From: an uncultured Verrucomicrobiae bacterium
Lineage (GTDB): Bacteria; Verrucomicrobiota; Verrucomicrobiia; Limisphaerales; Palsa-1400
DNA length: 64,000 nucleotides
Assembly (NCBI GenBank): GCA_963707025.1
Contig: CAVPOM010000012.1
Coordinates: forward strand, 96,001 to 160,000
Direction: 5' to 3'
Part shown: positions 41,360-51,223 of the stretch, in pieces
How positions within the stretch are numbered: position 1 is the first letter of the stretch
How the letters are laid out: the number at the start of each line of letters is the position of its first letter
Translations under genes and position numbers: made by a program
Notes under the pieces: generated by a model
What the model was told of the DNA's origin: nothing
Databases searched by the model: none
The model's input: the letters and a program-made list of their open reading frames with translations, nothing else

Positions 41360-42757
41360 CTAGGATTTCTCCAGCGTCCCATAAGTGATCGCCGGCACTT
41401 CCTCCCCCTTGCCGTTGGTGATCTTGCGCGTCTTTTCGTCGAACAGGCACATCATGTTCAGGCGGTTGGACATTTCCGCCAGCGACAGCACCGTTTGCAC
41501 GCGAATGGCCAGATCCACGTTCGCATTGGGAACCGCATTGTCGCGGATGCAGTCAAACCAATTCTTTTCGTGCCCCTCGATCGTTTCCGTCGGTTTGAGG
41601 TCGTTAAACGTCGCCGGATCCATGCCCTCGTCGTCGGAGAACGGCACTTCCGGGTCTAATTTCACGCTGTTCCCACCAATCACCAGCGTCGCCTTGTGTC
41701 CGCGCATGATGGTGGTCAGGCCCAGTTGGTTGACCGTGCCGGAGATCATGAGCAGCGCCAAACCGCTCGGAAATTCCGCCACCAGTTGCACGTCCTCCGG
41801 ACAATCCCGCTCCGGCAAGGCAGGCTTGTTCCCGTTCTTGTCCGCGTCAATCGGATTTTGGCCCAGGCACACCACTCGCCTCGGAAATTCCGGGTTGCCC
41901 GTCGCCAGCATCAATGGATGCATGCGGTGCGGGAACAAGTCCCCCAGCGGCCCCGCGCAATACGGGTAATACTTGCGCCAGCGCACAAACCGCTCCCAAT
42001 CATACGGCACCTTGTTATGGACCTGCCCCTGCCACTTCTCCCAATTGATGTCGCCCGCCTTCATCCAGTCGGCAAAGATGAAGGGCGACGTGTTCCATTC
42101 CCCTTCCTTGCTGTTGCGCATGTAGGATTCCTGCCCCAGCACCAGCTTGCCGACTTTTCCCTTCATGACCAAGTCCCGCGCCTTGGCCCACTTGGCGTCC
42201 GAACACGCCTGGGAACCGACCTGGAAAACCAATTTCGGGTTCTTCTTGGCCTGATCGTGCAAGGCAAACGCCTCCCCCAAATACCGCGCCATCGGCTTTT
42301 CCAGATAGACATGTTTGCCCGCTTGCAACGCCGCCACGGCCGTTGCGGCGTGCCACTGGTCCGCCGTCGAGATGGTGACCGCTTGCACATCCTTGTTGGC
42401 CAGCAACTCCTCAAAATTCTCGTAAGCCACGCAACTTCCCCCGACTGCGGCTTTGGCCGCGTCCCGGCGATGCGCCGACAAATCGCACACCGCCGCCTGC
42501 GCGATGTTGTTGTCCGCGGCGTGGTCCTTTTGCAGGCCGATGTGCAGCGTCCCCTGCAACCCCGCCCCGATGTAGCCGACCACAATCCGGTTGTTCGCCC
42601 CCACCACCGTGCCGGGGGCTGGCGCCTGCGTCTGGCCATAGACCGGCGTTTTAAATATATTGGCGCTGGCCGCCAGGGCGGCGCCGGCCAGGGTGGATTT
42701 TAGAAACTCCCGCCGGGTCGCCCCGCGGGCCTTGCTGATTTTCGTTGGCTGATTCAC
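41360..42757 (-). CDS. Tat-exported Gfo/Idh/MocA oxidoreductase
   Basis: TRREFLK signal, GYIGAG, KHVYLEKP, QVGSQ. Confidence 0.92.
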   Translation of the reverse strand: MNQPTKISKARGATRREFLKSTLAGAALAASANIFKTPVYGQTQAPAPGTVVGANNRIVVGYIGAGLQGTLHIGLQKDHAADNNIAQAAVCDLSAHRRDAAKAAVGGSCVAYENFEELLANKDVQAVTISTADQWHAATAVAALQAGKHVYLEKPMARYLGEAFALHDQAKKNPKLVFQVGSQACSDAKWAKARDLVMKGKVGKLVLGQESYMRNSKEGEWNTSPFIFADWMKAGDINWEKWQGQVHNKVPYDWERFVRWRKYYPYCAGPLGDLFPHRMHPLMLATGNPEFPRRVVCLGQNPIDADKNGNKPALPERDCPEDVQLVAEFPSGLALLMISGTVNQLGLTTIMRGHKATLVIGGNSVKLDPEVPFSDDEGMDPATFNDLKPTETIEGHEKNWFDCIRDNAVPNANVDLAIRVQTVLSLAEMSNRLNMMCLFDEKTRKITNGKGEEVPAITYGTLEKS

Positions 42758-42837
42758 AATTTTAAACCTTTGCAGAATCCTACCCCCCGCCGCCCCAGGG
42801 TCAAGCCTCCTCCCTGCCTGGTGGTGCCTTAATTTGG

Positions 42838-42888
42838 CGTAGGGTCGAGCCTGTGGCTCGACTTCGGCGCACAGCGCCGACACTACAA
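42838..42888. repeat. GTAG-type REP doublet
   Basis: GTAGGGTCGAGCCTGTGGCTCGAC-TTCGGCGCACAGCGCCGACACTAC. Confidence 0.55.
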
Positions 42889-43206
42889 CAATGAAATTAA
42901 GGCACTACCAATCTTTTTCCTCGACAGATTCAAGTGCGTTGTTAAAATAAGCTTGCCCACATTGAAGGTGGACAATGTGGGCAAGCTTTTTTTCAAAGTG
43001 ATTGGACCAGTTTAAATGGAATTGTGACTGCAGGAGCCAGACCAACGGCCATTGGACTAAGCCGGTGGTTTTGCTGGCCGCAATGCGTTGCGATTCACTG
43101 TTGCTGTGGAGCGGCCAAAAAACGCCGGAAAACGCGATGAAGGCCGCGCTGCGAAAGGCTTTTTGGTTCTTCGATAATGCAACTTGAATAGCCTTCTCGA
43201 TTCGCT

Positions 43207-45058
43207 TCAAGGCACCGGCACAATCCGCCAAAGCCGCGCCGGCTGGCCTATGCTGGAGGTGTCGAAGTAAAGCTGCGAGGTGTTGGTCAAGGTCACGGTG
43301 GCCAGCGCGACCCAGGCCCCGGTCGGGCCAAACTGGTTGATGCAATCCAGGCGCAAAGAGTCGCCCACGTTGCCCGTCACCGTGATCGCCGGAACCATGT
43401 GCAGGTCCAGAGACGGAACGACGGCGGGGGTTCCCGTTTGCCATGCGCGATAGAAGCGCTGCGGCGGGAGTGGTTGAGAAACATCGAAGTAGAATTGGGA
43501 AGCATTGGAAAGGGTCATCGTGGCCATCGTCTCCCAATTCGTTGCGGGGCCAAGATCGTCCCTGTAAACAAGGGCGAGCAAGTTTCCCGGCTGCGCCGTC
43601 AAGTTGACCCCCGGCACCAACCTTCGAGCCACCGGTGCGATCACGTTGAGCGTGACCGGTGCGCTAGTCGCCGTTCCGAGAAAATTGGAGACGACCACGG
43701 CGTAAGCGCCCGCCTGCGCGAAACTAAGGTGCGTAAGCTCCAGACAACTATCGCTGCCACCACTGAGGATATTTGTGCCATTGAAAACCAAATCATAAGT
43801 CAGGTCCCCGCCAGCAGCATCCACCGCAAGATCAACCGTGGTCCCCATCTCCACCGTTTGAGTTTGCGATACCATAAAGATGGTGGGGAAGCTGGGTAAA
43901 TTAGCCTGGGCGATGTTGAGGGACGCATTTGTGCCGGCCAGGGAAAAGGTGCCCCCGACGAACAGATGCGCCGGCCCGTCAGCCGCCAGCGCATAGACGT
44001 TGCCGTTCATCCCTGAGCCCAAGGCCGACCAGGCGCTGCCGTCCCATTTGGCGATGTTGTTGGCCACCACCCCGCCCGCCGTGGTGAACGCTCCCCCAGC
44101 GTAGAGATTGGTCCCGTTTACCGCCAGGGCAAAGACCCAGTTGTCCATGCCCGAGCCCAAGGCCGACCAGGCGCTGCCGTCCCATTTGGCAATGTATTTG
44201 GCCGGCACCAGGTCCTCCGAGGTGAACTCTCCTCCAACGTAAAGAATCGTACCGCTTACCGCCAGCGCCAAGACACGACCATAATAGTAGTCACCGGAGA
44301 CCCATTCGCCCAAGGTGGACCAAGTGCTGCCATCCAGTTTAGCGATGCAGTTGGCCGGCCCCCCGCCCATCTGGCTGAAGCCTCCCCCAGCGTAGAGAGA
44401 GGTCCCGCTCACCGCCAGCGCATAGACGTCGTAGTTCATCCCCACGCTCAAGCGTGACCAGGCGCTGCCGTCCCATTTGGCGATGTAGTCGGCTGGCAAC
44501 CCGCCTGCCATGGTAAAGTCTCCCCCGGCGGAGAGAGTCGTACCGCTTACCGCCAGCGCATAGACAGCGCCACCCATCCCCGAGCCCAGAGCCGACCAGC
44601 CGCTGCCGTCCCATTTGGCGATGCAGTTGGCCGGCCCCGCCCGCACTGGTGAAGTATCCGCCAGCGTAGAGATTGGTCCCGCTCATCGCCAAGGCACAGA
44701 CCCCGCCGTTCACCCCCGAGCCCAAGCTGACCCAGTCGGCATCGGTGAAGCTCTGCGCACGGGCGGGCACAGCGAGGGCCAAAGCCAGCGCGGCCAGGCA
44801 TGGCAAGAGCCGGAACGATGCAGTTGCGCGGGGAGCGCACGCGCCCTCGCGTGCGGTGGTTGGCGCCTCGCCAACCACAGCCCACCGCTCAAATTCTACC
44901 CACCCTTCCGTCCAACCGGAAACGCAAGACCAACCGGCGACGGCGCCGGTTGGCTGCACGCGGGGGCGCGTGCGCTCCCCAATTCCTACTGCATTGACAC
45001 GGATAAGCACGACCGACTGAACGGCTGCGAGCTTTTTGAATTCAGCTTTTGGGTTCAT
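43207..45058 (-). CDS. Secreted beta-propeller repeat / Ig protein, paralog of 29672-31513 (frameshift near 44640)
   Basis: Same WDGSAWSALGSG repeats and near-identical C-terminal ~150 aa; N-terminus lies in ORF 44339..45058. Confidence 0.85.
44818..44996. repeat. REPIN-like element inside the leader-coding region
   Basis: GGGGAGCGCACGCGCCCTCGCGTGC ... GCACGCGGGGGCGCGTGCGCTCCCC with inner hairpins and an outer ATGCAGT / ACTGCAT stem. Confidence 0.7.
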
Positions 45059-45851
45059 GAATGAGTCCTTTCTCGCAAAATGGATGAAGCTTCTTCACTC
45101 GGCTTCGACGCGCGAAGAATGGATGGTCGGAATCCAAAAACCGGCGTTCAGAAGTGGCAGCTTGCATGGCCAACCTGCCAACCGACCCGCGGGCTGTCGC
45201 CGGATGCGCGTTATGTCGAGGCATAAACCCTCCCCGTAAAGGAAGCCGAGGCTGAAAGAGCTTCTCTGCGCTTCGAATCGCTACCGACCCTGCATGTGGG
45301 CCGCTCTGCATCCACCACCAATAGCCCGAAAAAGAGCGGGCTATATTAGTCAAGCCTCATTCGGGTCATATACAGCATAAGCCCTTGAAATGCAGAGTCA
45401 AGCTCTTTCGAGATGGCGCGCTCCGGCGAGTGGACCCTCCTTTCCCGACAACAAAGCCACGCCGATGCACCTTCCCGGCAATCGTGCCCGCTCAGCCGGA
45501 TGCAGTGGAATGAAGACTGAGAAAGAAGAGAAGACGAGGTTTTGGTGAAATCGGGAGAAGAAGACGGAACAGGAAGAAGACAGCAATTTCAAATCGGCAT
45601 TTTCACCGCGTTTTCAGACCGGCGCTGTCAAAATCCGCGGTAAGAATTCTGTCCATCCTCTTAATCCGGTCAAAAAGGAGTTTCCTTTGGCAGGCAAACC
45701 GGCCTTTCCCACAAACTATTTTCACTTTTGCAAATCCACTTGTTTTCAGCTATTTTCAGTTCCGGGACCGGGGGGGGGCGCATCTTGACACTGCTACCGA
45801 AGTCAGGCGCAAGAAGGCTACAGGAGTGCGCCCGTCCTCGGGGAATGGCGC

Positions 45852-46199
45852 TTAAATAAGACCTAAAACTTTCTTACCCAGCCTCTTACGACGCGGGGGA
45901 TGCGGGATGGTTTCAAACAAGACCTGACGGCTCAAGCGTTGCATGGCTTTGATGGTGGCTTGCACCTCCCGCCACTCGGCAATGGCGTCATGGAGCCACT
46001 CATATTGTTCTTTGGAGAGAGCGACACTGACCGTTTTGCCTTTGACCTTGCGGGTCCACTGATAACAAAGGCCGCCTGCTCCGGGGCCGCGGTCTTGCAC
46101 GTAGCCCTCGCTGATCCAGCCGGTTCTGGCCAGCCGGTCGCGTAATTGGGCGTATTGGGCCTGCCATTGGGCTGGCCGGGTTGTTTTGTGAGTCGGCAT
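45852..46199 (-). CDS. DUF6788-like accessory protein
   Basis: G..SEG, YQWTRKVKGKTVSVALS..Q......AI motif; stop codon lies inside the left IR. Confidence 0.7.
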   Translation of the reverse strand: MPTHKTTRPAQWQAQYAQLRDRLARTGWISEGYVQDRGPGAGGLCYQWTRKVKGKTVSVALSKEQYEWLHDAIAEWREVQATIKAMQRLSRQVLFETIPHPPRRKRLGKKVLGLI

Positions 46200-46224
46200 A
46201 AAGAAAAGAGTAGCAGACGTGTCA

Positions 46225-46250
46225 ATAAGGCGGTATATATACCGCCTTAT
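46225..46250. promoter_or_regulatory. Perfect 26-bp palindrome between the divergent IS genes
   Basis: ATAAGGCGGTATATATACCGCCTTAT overlaps the transposase ATG (46249) and abuts a minus-strand TTGACA. Confidence 0.7.
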
Positions 46251-47736
46251 GCCCGACACCCCCTTCTTCCCGGCCTGGCGGCCCCGTCTGGCGGCGGCGG
46301 GCCGCCGCTGTGCCCACAGCCTGGCGCGCCTCCGTCACGCCACCTTGAGTCAGATCGAGGACCGCCTGGCTCCCGCCTTGCCCACCGACCTCCTGCGAAA
46401 ACCGGCCGCCGGCGACTACTCCCGCGAGCAGGTTTACACTCTGGTTCGCACCTGGTGGTGCTGGGTCTGGCCAGTCTTCCAAGCCAACACTTCCTGCCGC
46501 CACGTCGTCCTTCAGGTGCAGGCCCTGCTGGCCTTGGTCCAAGGCCCGGAACCGGAGCCGGACAGCAGCGCCTATTGCCAGGCCCGCGCCAAACTCCCCC
46601 TGGCCTTGCTGGAGCAAGCCTTCGCGGCCAGCGCCGACAGCGCCGAAAAGCGCGCCCCGGCCAGTACGCTGCTACAGGGCCGCCCGTTGAAAGCGGTCGA
46701 TGGCAGCGGCACCCACCTGCCCGACACCCCGGCCAATCGGGCGGCCTTTCCCCCCAGCCAAAGCCTGCAGCCCGGCGGCGGCTTTCCCCACCTGCGCGTG
46801 GTGGCTCTGTTCTCCGCCGCCAGCGGCGCCCTTTTGGCCAAAGCCACCGGCAGCCTGCGCTCCTCCGAACTGGCTCTGTTTCTCCACGGCTTGCGCTCGG
46901 CTTTGCACCCCGGCGACATCCTCTTGGGCGACCGCGCCTATGGGGTTTATATTATCGCCGCCGTCCTCCAACTCCTGGGCGTGGATTTGCTCGCGCGGGT
47001 CTCCGTGCGCAACCGCAAGGTGGATTTCCGCCAGGCCCGCCAACGCCTGGGTCACTGGGACGCGCTCTTTACCTGGTCCAAACCCGGCCGGCCTTCGCCC
47101 CTGCTTTCGTTCCTGGAATGGCTCGGACTGCCGCCGCAGATCACGGTGCGGGTGCTGCGCGCGCGCCTGAGCCGGGCCGGCTTCCGCACCCGCCACCTGA
47201 CCCTGGTCACGACCCTGTTGGATGCGGCGCTTTTTCCAGCGGAGGAACTGGCGGCCGCTTATGCCCGGCGCTGGCGCATGGAACTGTGCCTGGACGATCT
47301 CAAAACCACCCTGGGCATGCAGAGCCTGCATTGCCTCTGTCCCCGCATGGTGGAGAAAGAACTCCTGCTCTTCCTCACCGCCCATAATTTCCTGCGCTGG
47401 ATCATGGCCGAAGCCGCGCAAAGCCAGAACGTGGACTTGGATCGGATCAGTTTCAAAGGCAGCCTGGACGCCTTCCGGCAATGGACGCAGGCACTGGCAC
47501 AACTCGGACACGCCCGGAACAAAGGGGGACGGCGCCGCCAATTATGGCAGCGGCTGCTCCGAAGGCTGGCGACCGATCTGGTGCCCAGGCGTCCGGGAAG
47601 AGCGGAGCCGCGCGCTGTCAAGAAACGATCCAAATACCCCCATTTGAACAAATCGCGGCATCAATACCGCCAGCCCTGGAGCCGCAATAAACGCCGCCGT
47701 CTGGCCCGGGCCAAAAGAAAGGCTTCCCTTATTTAA
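46249..47736 (+). CDS. IS4-family DDE transposase
   Basis: SAYCQARAKLP, AVDGS, LGDRAY, YARRWRMELCLDDLK (YREK), RAEPRAVKKR. Confidence 0.95.
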   Translation: MPDTPFFPAWRPRLAAAGRRCAHSLARLRHATLSQIEDRLAPALPTDLLRKPAAGDYSREQVYTLVRTWWCWVWPVFQANTSCRHVVLQVQALLALVQGPEPEPDSSAYCQARAKLPLALLEQAFAASADSAEKRAPASTLLQGRPLKAVDGSGTHLPDTPANRAAFPPSQSLQPGGGFPHLRVVALFSAASGALLAKATGSLRSSELALFLHGLRSALHPGDILLGDRAYGVYIIAAVLQLLGVDLLARVSVRNRKVDFRQARQRLGHWDALFTWSKPGRPSPLLSFLEWLGLPPQITVRVLRARLSRAGFRTRHLTLVTTLLDAALFPAEELAAAYARRWRMELCLDDLKTTLGMQSLHCLCPRMVEKELLLFLTAHNFLRWIMAEAAQSQNVDLDRISFKGSLDAFRQWTQALAQLGHARNKGGRRRQLWQRLLRRLATDLVPRRPGRAEPRAVKKRSKYPHLNKSRHQYRQPWSRNKRRRLARAKRKASLI

Positions 47737-47934
47737 GCGCCATTCCCCGTCCTCGGGCGCAGCAGCGCGGGAAACACGGCGCGCCGGTAATCTTCCTGCG
47801 CACCCAAAAAATCCCCGGCTTGCTGCCGCCGGGGACGGCCGCACTCCGCCAGCAACAGTGTCAAGCTGCGCCCCGGGGGGGGCCGTGCGCACAGAACACT
47901 TGACCCCAATCCCCCGCGGTTTACGCTCCTGCCC

Positions 47935-49929
47935 ATGAACCGAATCGGCAACCCAAACTCTTCCATCGTCCGTGGTCAGAAGAACCTCTTCCTGGCGTGC
48001 GCGTTCCTTCTTTCCGCCGCCTCCGCCTTCCCCCAGGGACGCGGCGGCAACCCGGCCCAGCTCGAATACATCCGTTCCAATTACACCAAGTTCGAATACC
48101 AGATCCCGATGCGCAACGGCGTCAAACTGTTCACCTCCGTCTATGTGCCCAAGGACGCCAGCCAGCCCTGGCCAATCATGTTGCAGCGCACCCCGTACGG
48201 CGTCGCCCCCTACGGCGCGGACACCTATCGCGGCTCCCTCGGCCCCTCCTATTTGTTCGCCAAAGAGGGATTCATCTTCGCCTATCAGGATGTCCGCGGA
48301 CGCGGCCAATCCGAGGGCGTATTTGACGATCCGCCCGCCCACAAGCTGCGCTTCAGCGGCCCGACCGACGCCGACGAAAGCACCGACAGCTACGACACCA
48401 TTGACTGGCTGGTGAAAAACATCCCCAACAACAATGGCCGCGTGGGCACCTGGGGCATCTCCTATCCCGGCTTCTTTTCCGCCTTCACCCTCATCAACGC
48501 CCATCCCGCTCTCAAAGCCGCCTCCCCGCAAGCGCCCATGGCCAACGTCGGCGATGGCGACGACGCCTATCATAACGGCGCCTTCTTCCTGGCCGAGAAT
48601 TTTGATTTTTACGTCAGCTTCAAACCCAAATCAACCCCGTCCGCTTCGGCCGCGCCGGCGGCGGCCCCGGGCGCGCCCGCCCCGGCGGCGCAACGCTTCA
48701 GCATGGGAACACCCGACGAATATGATTTCTTTCTCCGCCTCGGAACCCTCGCCGACGCCGAGGAAAGATACTTCAAGCACCAGAATGAATTTTGGACCGC
48801 GCTGGTCCAGCATGATACCTACGACCAGTTCTGGTCCTCCCGCGCCCTGGCGCCGCAAATGCATCACCTCACCGCCGCCGTCCTGGTCGTGGGCGGCTGG
48901 TTTGACGCCCAGGATCTGGGCGGCACCCCCAAGCTCTTCCAGGCCATTGTGAAGGACGGCAGCGTCCCGGCAACCCTCGTCATGGGCCCCTGGTCCCACG
49001 GCAGTTGGGCGCGCGGCGATGGCGACACGCTGGGCAACCTCAAATTCACCGAAAAAACCGGGCCTTTCTACCGGGAACAAATCGAATTCCCTTTCTTCCT
49101 GCAGCATCTCAAAGACAAGGGCAACGGCCTCAAGACAGAAAGCGATGCCACCATTCCAAAAGCCTGGGTCTTCGCCACTGGCAGCGACCAATGGCACCGC
49201 TTTGACACCTGGCCTCCGGCCCATGCCCTGCGCCGCTCGCTCTATCTTGGGGCGGGCGGAAAACTCTCCTTCACCGCGCCGGCCGGCCGCGGCGGCCAGT
49301 TCGACGAGTATCTGAGCGATCCGGCCCGGCCCGTGCCCGTGGCCAGTGACATCATCGTGAGCCTGGGCGGCGATTACATGACCTATGATCAGCGTTTCGC
49401 CTCCCGGCGGCCCGATGTGCTCACTTATGAAACCGAGCCGCTGGAAAAGGCCGTCACCATCGCCGGGCCGGTCACTCCGGTGCTGCGTGTCTCCACCTCC
49501 GGCACCGATTCGGATTTCGTGGTGAAATTGATTGATGTTTATCCCAACGACTATCGCGATCCCCAGGCCGCGCCGGCGGGCGGGCGGCGCGGTGCGCCCG
49601 GCGTCGTCCCCATGGCCGGCTATCAACAATTGGTGCGGGGCGAGCCGTTCCGCGGCAAATTCCGCAACAGCATGTCCAAACCCGAGCCGTTCAAACCCGG
49701 CCAGCCCGCCAAAATCCAATTCGACATGCCCGATGTCATGCACACTTTCCTGCCGGGGCATCGCATCATGGTGCAAATCCAGAGTTCCTGGTTCCCTCTG
49801 ACCGATCGCAATCCCCAGAAATTTCTCGATATTCCCGCCGCCAAAGCTGCCGATTTCCAGAAAGCCGTCCAGCGCGTCTATCGCGGCGGGTCCGACGGCA
49901 CCCGGCTGAATGTGCTGGTCACCGAGTAA
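47935..49929 (+). CDS. CocE/NonD (peptidase S15) hydrolase, alpha-amino acid ester hydrolase-like
   Basis: IPMRNGVKL, RTPY, QDVRGRGQSEG, GISYPG, GGWFD, GPWSHG, QSSWFP. Confidence 0.92.
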   Translation: MNRIGNPNSSIVRGQKNLFLACAFLLSAASAFPQGRGGNPAQLEYIRSNYTKFEYQIPMRNGVKLFTSVYVPKDASQPWPIMLQRTPYGVAPYGADTYRGSLGPSYLFAKEGFIFAYQDVRGRGQSEGVFDDPPAHKLRFSGPTDADESTDSYDTIDWLVKNIPNNNGRVGTWGISYPGFFSAFTLINAHPALKAASPQAPMANVGDGDDAYHNGAFFLAENFDFYVSFKPKSTPSASAAPAAAPGAPAPAAQRFSMGTPDEYDFFLRLGTLADAEERYFKHQNEFWTALVQHDTYDQFWSSRALAPQMHHLTAAVLVVGGWFDAQDLGGTPKLFQAIVKDGSVPATLVMGPWSHGSWARGDGDTLGNLKFTEKTGPFYREQIEFPFFLQHLKDKGNGLKTESDATIPKAWVFATGSDQWHRFDTWPPAHALRRSLYLGAGGKLSFTAPAGRGGQFDEYLSDPARPVPVASDIIVSLGGDYMTYDQRFASRRPDVLTYETEPLEKAVTIAGPVTPVLRVSTSGTDSDFVVKLIDVYPNDYRDPQAAPAGGRRGAPGVVPMAGYQQLVRGEPFRGKFRNSMSKPEPFKPGQPAKIQFDMPDVMHTFLPGHRIMVQIQSSWFPLTDRNPQKFLDIPAAKAADFQKAVQRVYRGGSDGTRLNVLVTE

Positions 49930-49942
49930 CCGGGCGCAGTCT

Positions 49943-50010
49943 CAATCCTAATCCTAATCCTAATCTTAATCCTAATCTTAATCTTAATCTTAATCTTAAT
50001 CTTAATCTCA
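49943..50010. repeat. Hexamer tandem repeat (TAATCY) x ~11
   Basis: Read directly; ends just before the next start codon. Confidence 0.85.
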
Positions 50011-50012
50011 AA

Positions 50013-51164
50013 TTGGATTCCATTCTCGCTTACACGGTCGCGGCCGGTGTGGGGGCGCTCATCGCCTGGCTCCTCACGCGCGCGCCGGAATTGCGCGGCT
50101 GGCGCCTGTCCCAGCTCCTCCTGGTCCCCGGCGCCTTCGTCACGGCCTGCTGGGTGCTGCGGCAAACGCACGGCCGGCCCGACATGGGCGCGGGCCTCGT
50201 GGTCATCTCAATAATAGTATTTACAGCATTCCTGCTCTCCCCCAACATCGCCTATTACTGCGGGGCCGGCCTGTCCAACTTCCTGGACCCCATGGATTGG
50301 ACCCCCGCCGAGGAGGAAATCGCCCTGCGCCCCGTCCGGCGTTTGATTGACAACGACCAGTTCTACCAGGCGCTGGGCGATCTGGACGCCCTGCTTCATA
50401 AACACAAACCCACTTACGAAGCCCTCCTCCTTCACGCCAAGCTCCTCCACCACTTCGGCCGGCTGGAGGAGACGGTGGCCACGCTGCTCAAGTCCATCGC
50501 ACTGAGCCACACCACCGCCCAGCAACTGACGGTCCTGGAACTTCTCGCCCTCCTGGAGGAGCGTGTGCAGAGTCCGCGCCAAGCGCCCGCCCCGGGGACC
50601 CGGCGCATCGCGATTGGCCATGCGCTTGTCCTGTTCCCCATCGCCGCCCAGGACCCGCGGCTGCACAAGGAAATTCCGGCCGGCGCCTATGAGGTGGAGG
50701 AGATCTTTCATCGCCATCACCCCTGGCTGAAACTGGCGGGAGAGGATTGGGGCAATGCCGGGATGTGCTGGGAGGCGGTCCGGGAAATTGATCCCCCGCA
50801 GCCCGCCCCTCCGCAAAAGGGTTTCCTCCGGCAGATGGCCCGGCTCAACCACGCCCTCACCACCGCCCTCCACCGCAAACCCCGCCATCAAACCCTGGCC
50901 GAGGCCCGAACGCTTCTCCAGCAAGCCAGCCAACTCATCAGAGGCGGCGATTGGCACAAGGCGCTGCCCTTGCTCCAAAAAGCGTCCGCCCGCGACCCGG
51001 GCAGTTATGAAATCGCCTATCGCTGGGTGCAGGCCGTGCGCCAGACCGCCGATGCCCGCGCCACCGCCCGCGCCGTGAACAAAGTCCTCGCCCAAAGCCA
51101 ATGGTCCGCCAATGAACAAGAAATGCTCCGCCAATTGCAACACTCCGCCGCCCCTCAAAAATAA
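50013..51164 (+). CDS. Membrane-anchored TPR-like protein
   Basis: Three N-terminal TM helices; helical repeats (YEALLLHAKL, KALPLLQKA..DP); TTG start uncertain. Confidence 0.7.
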   Translation: MDSILAYTVAAGVGALIAWLLTRAPELRGWRLSQLLLVPGAFVTACWVLRQTHGRPDMGAGLVVISIIVFTAFLLSPNIAYYCGAGLSNFLDPMDWTPAEEEIALRPVRRLIDNDQFYQALGDLDALLHKHKPTYEALLLHAKLLHHFGRLEETVATLLKSIALSHTTAQQLTVLELLALLEERVQSPRQAPAPGTRRIAIGHALVLFPIAAQDPRLHKEIPAGAYEVEEIFHRHHPWLKLAGEDWGNAGMCWEAVREIDPPQPAPPQKGFLRQMARLNHALTTALHRKPRHQTLAEARTLLQQASQLIRGGDWHKALPLLQKASARDPGSYEIAYRWVQAVRQTADARATARAVNKVLAQSQWSANEQEMLRQLQHSAAPQK

Positions 51165-51223
51165 ATCGCCGGGACAACCATTTCTTTGCGTGCCTTTTTC
51201 CGCCATCCGGCTATGCTGGCCCC

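Larger units (their letters stand above)
45843..47745 (+). mobile_element. IS4-family element (1903 bp) with a divergent accessory ORF
   Basis: Perfect IRs GAATGGCGCTTAAATAAG / CTTATTTAAGCGCCATTC; 12-bp target duplication CCCGTCCTCGGG (45831-45842, 47746-47757). Confidence 0.93.
45775..47875. repeat. GGAG-type REPIN split by the IS4 insertion
   Basis: Outer IR GGGGCGCATCTTGACACTG / CAGTGTCAAGCTGCGCCCC; inner GGAGTGCGCCCGTCCTCGGGCGC ... GGGGACGGCCGCACTCC. Confidence 0.7.

Noticed and set aside
42905..43200. AT-rich stretch with short ORFs
   Set aside because: No recognisable product or repeat structure; left unannotated.
45000..45011. CGGATAAGCACG, identical to the IS1595 end
   Set aside because: Only 12 bp, with no partner IR or target duplication; chance or an untraceable scar.
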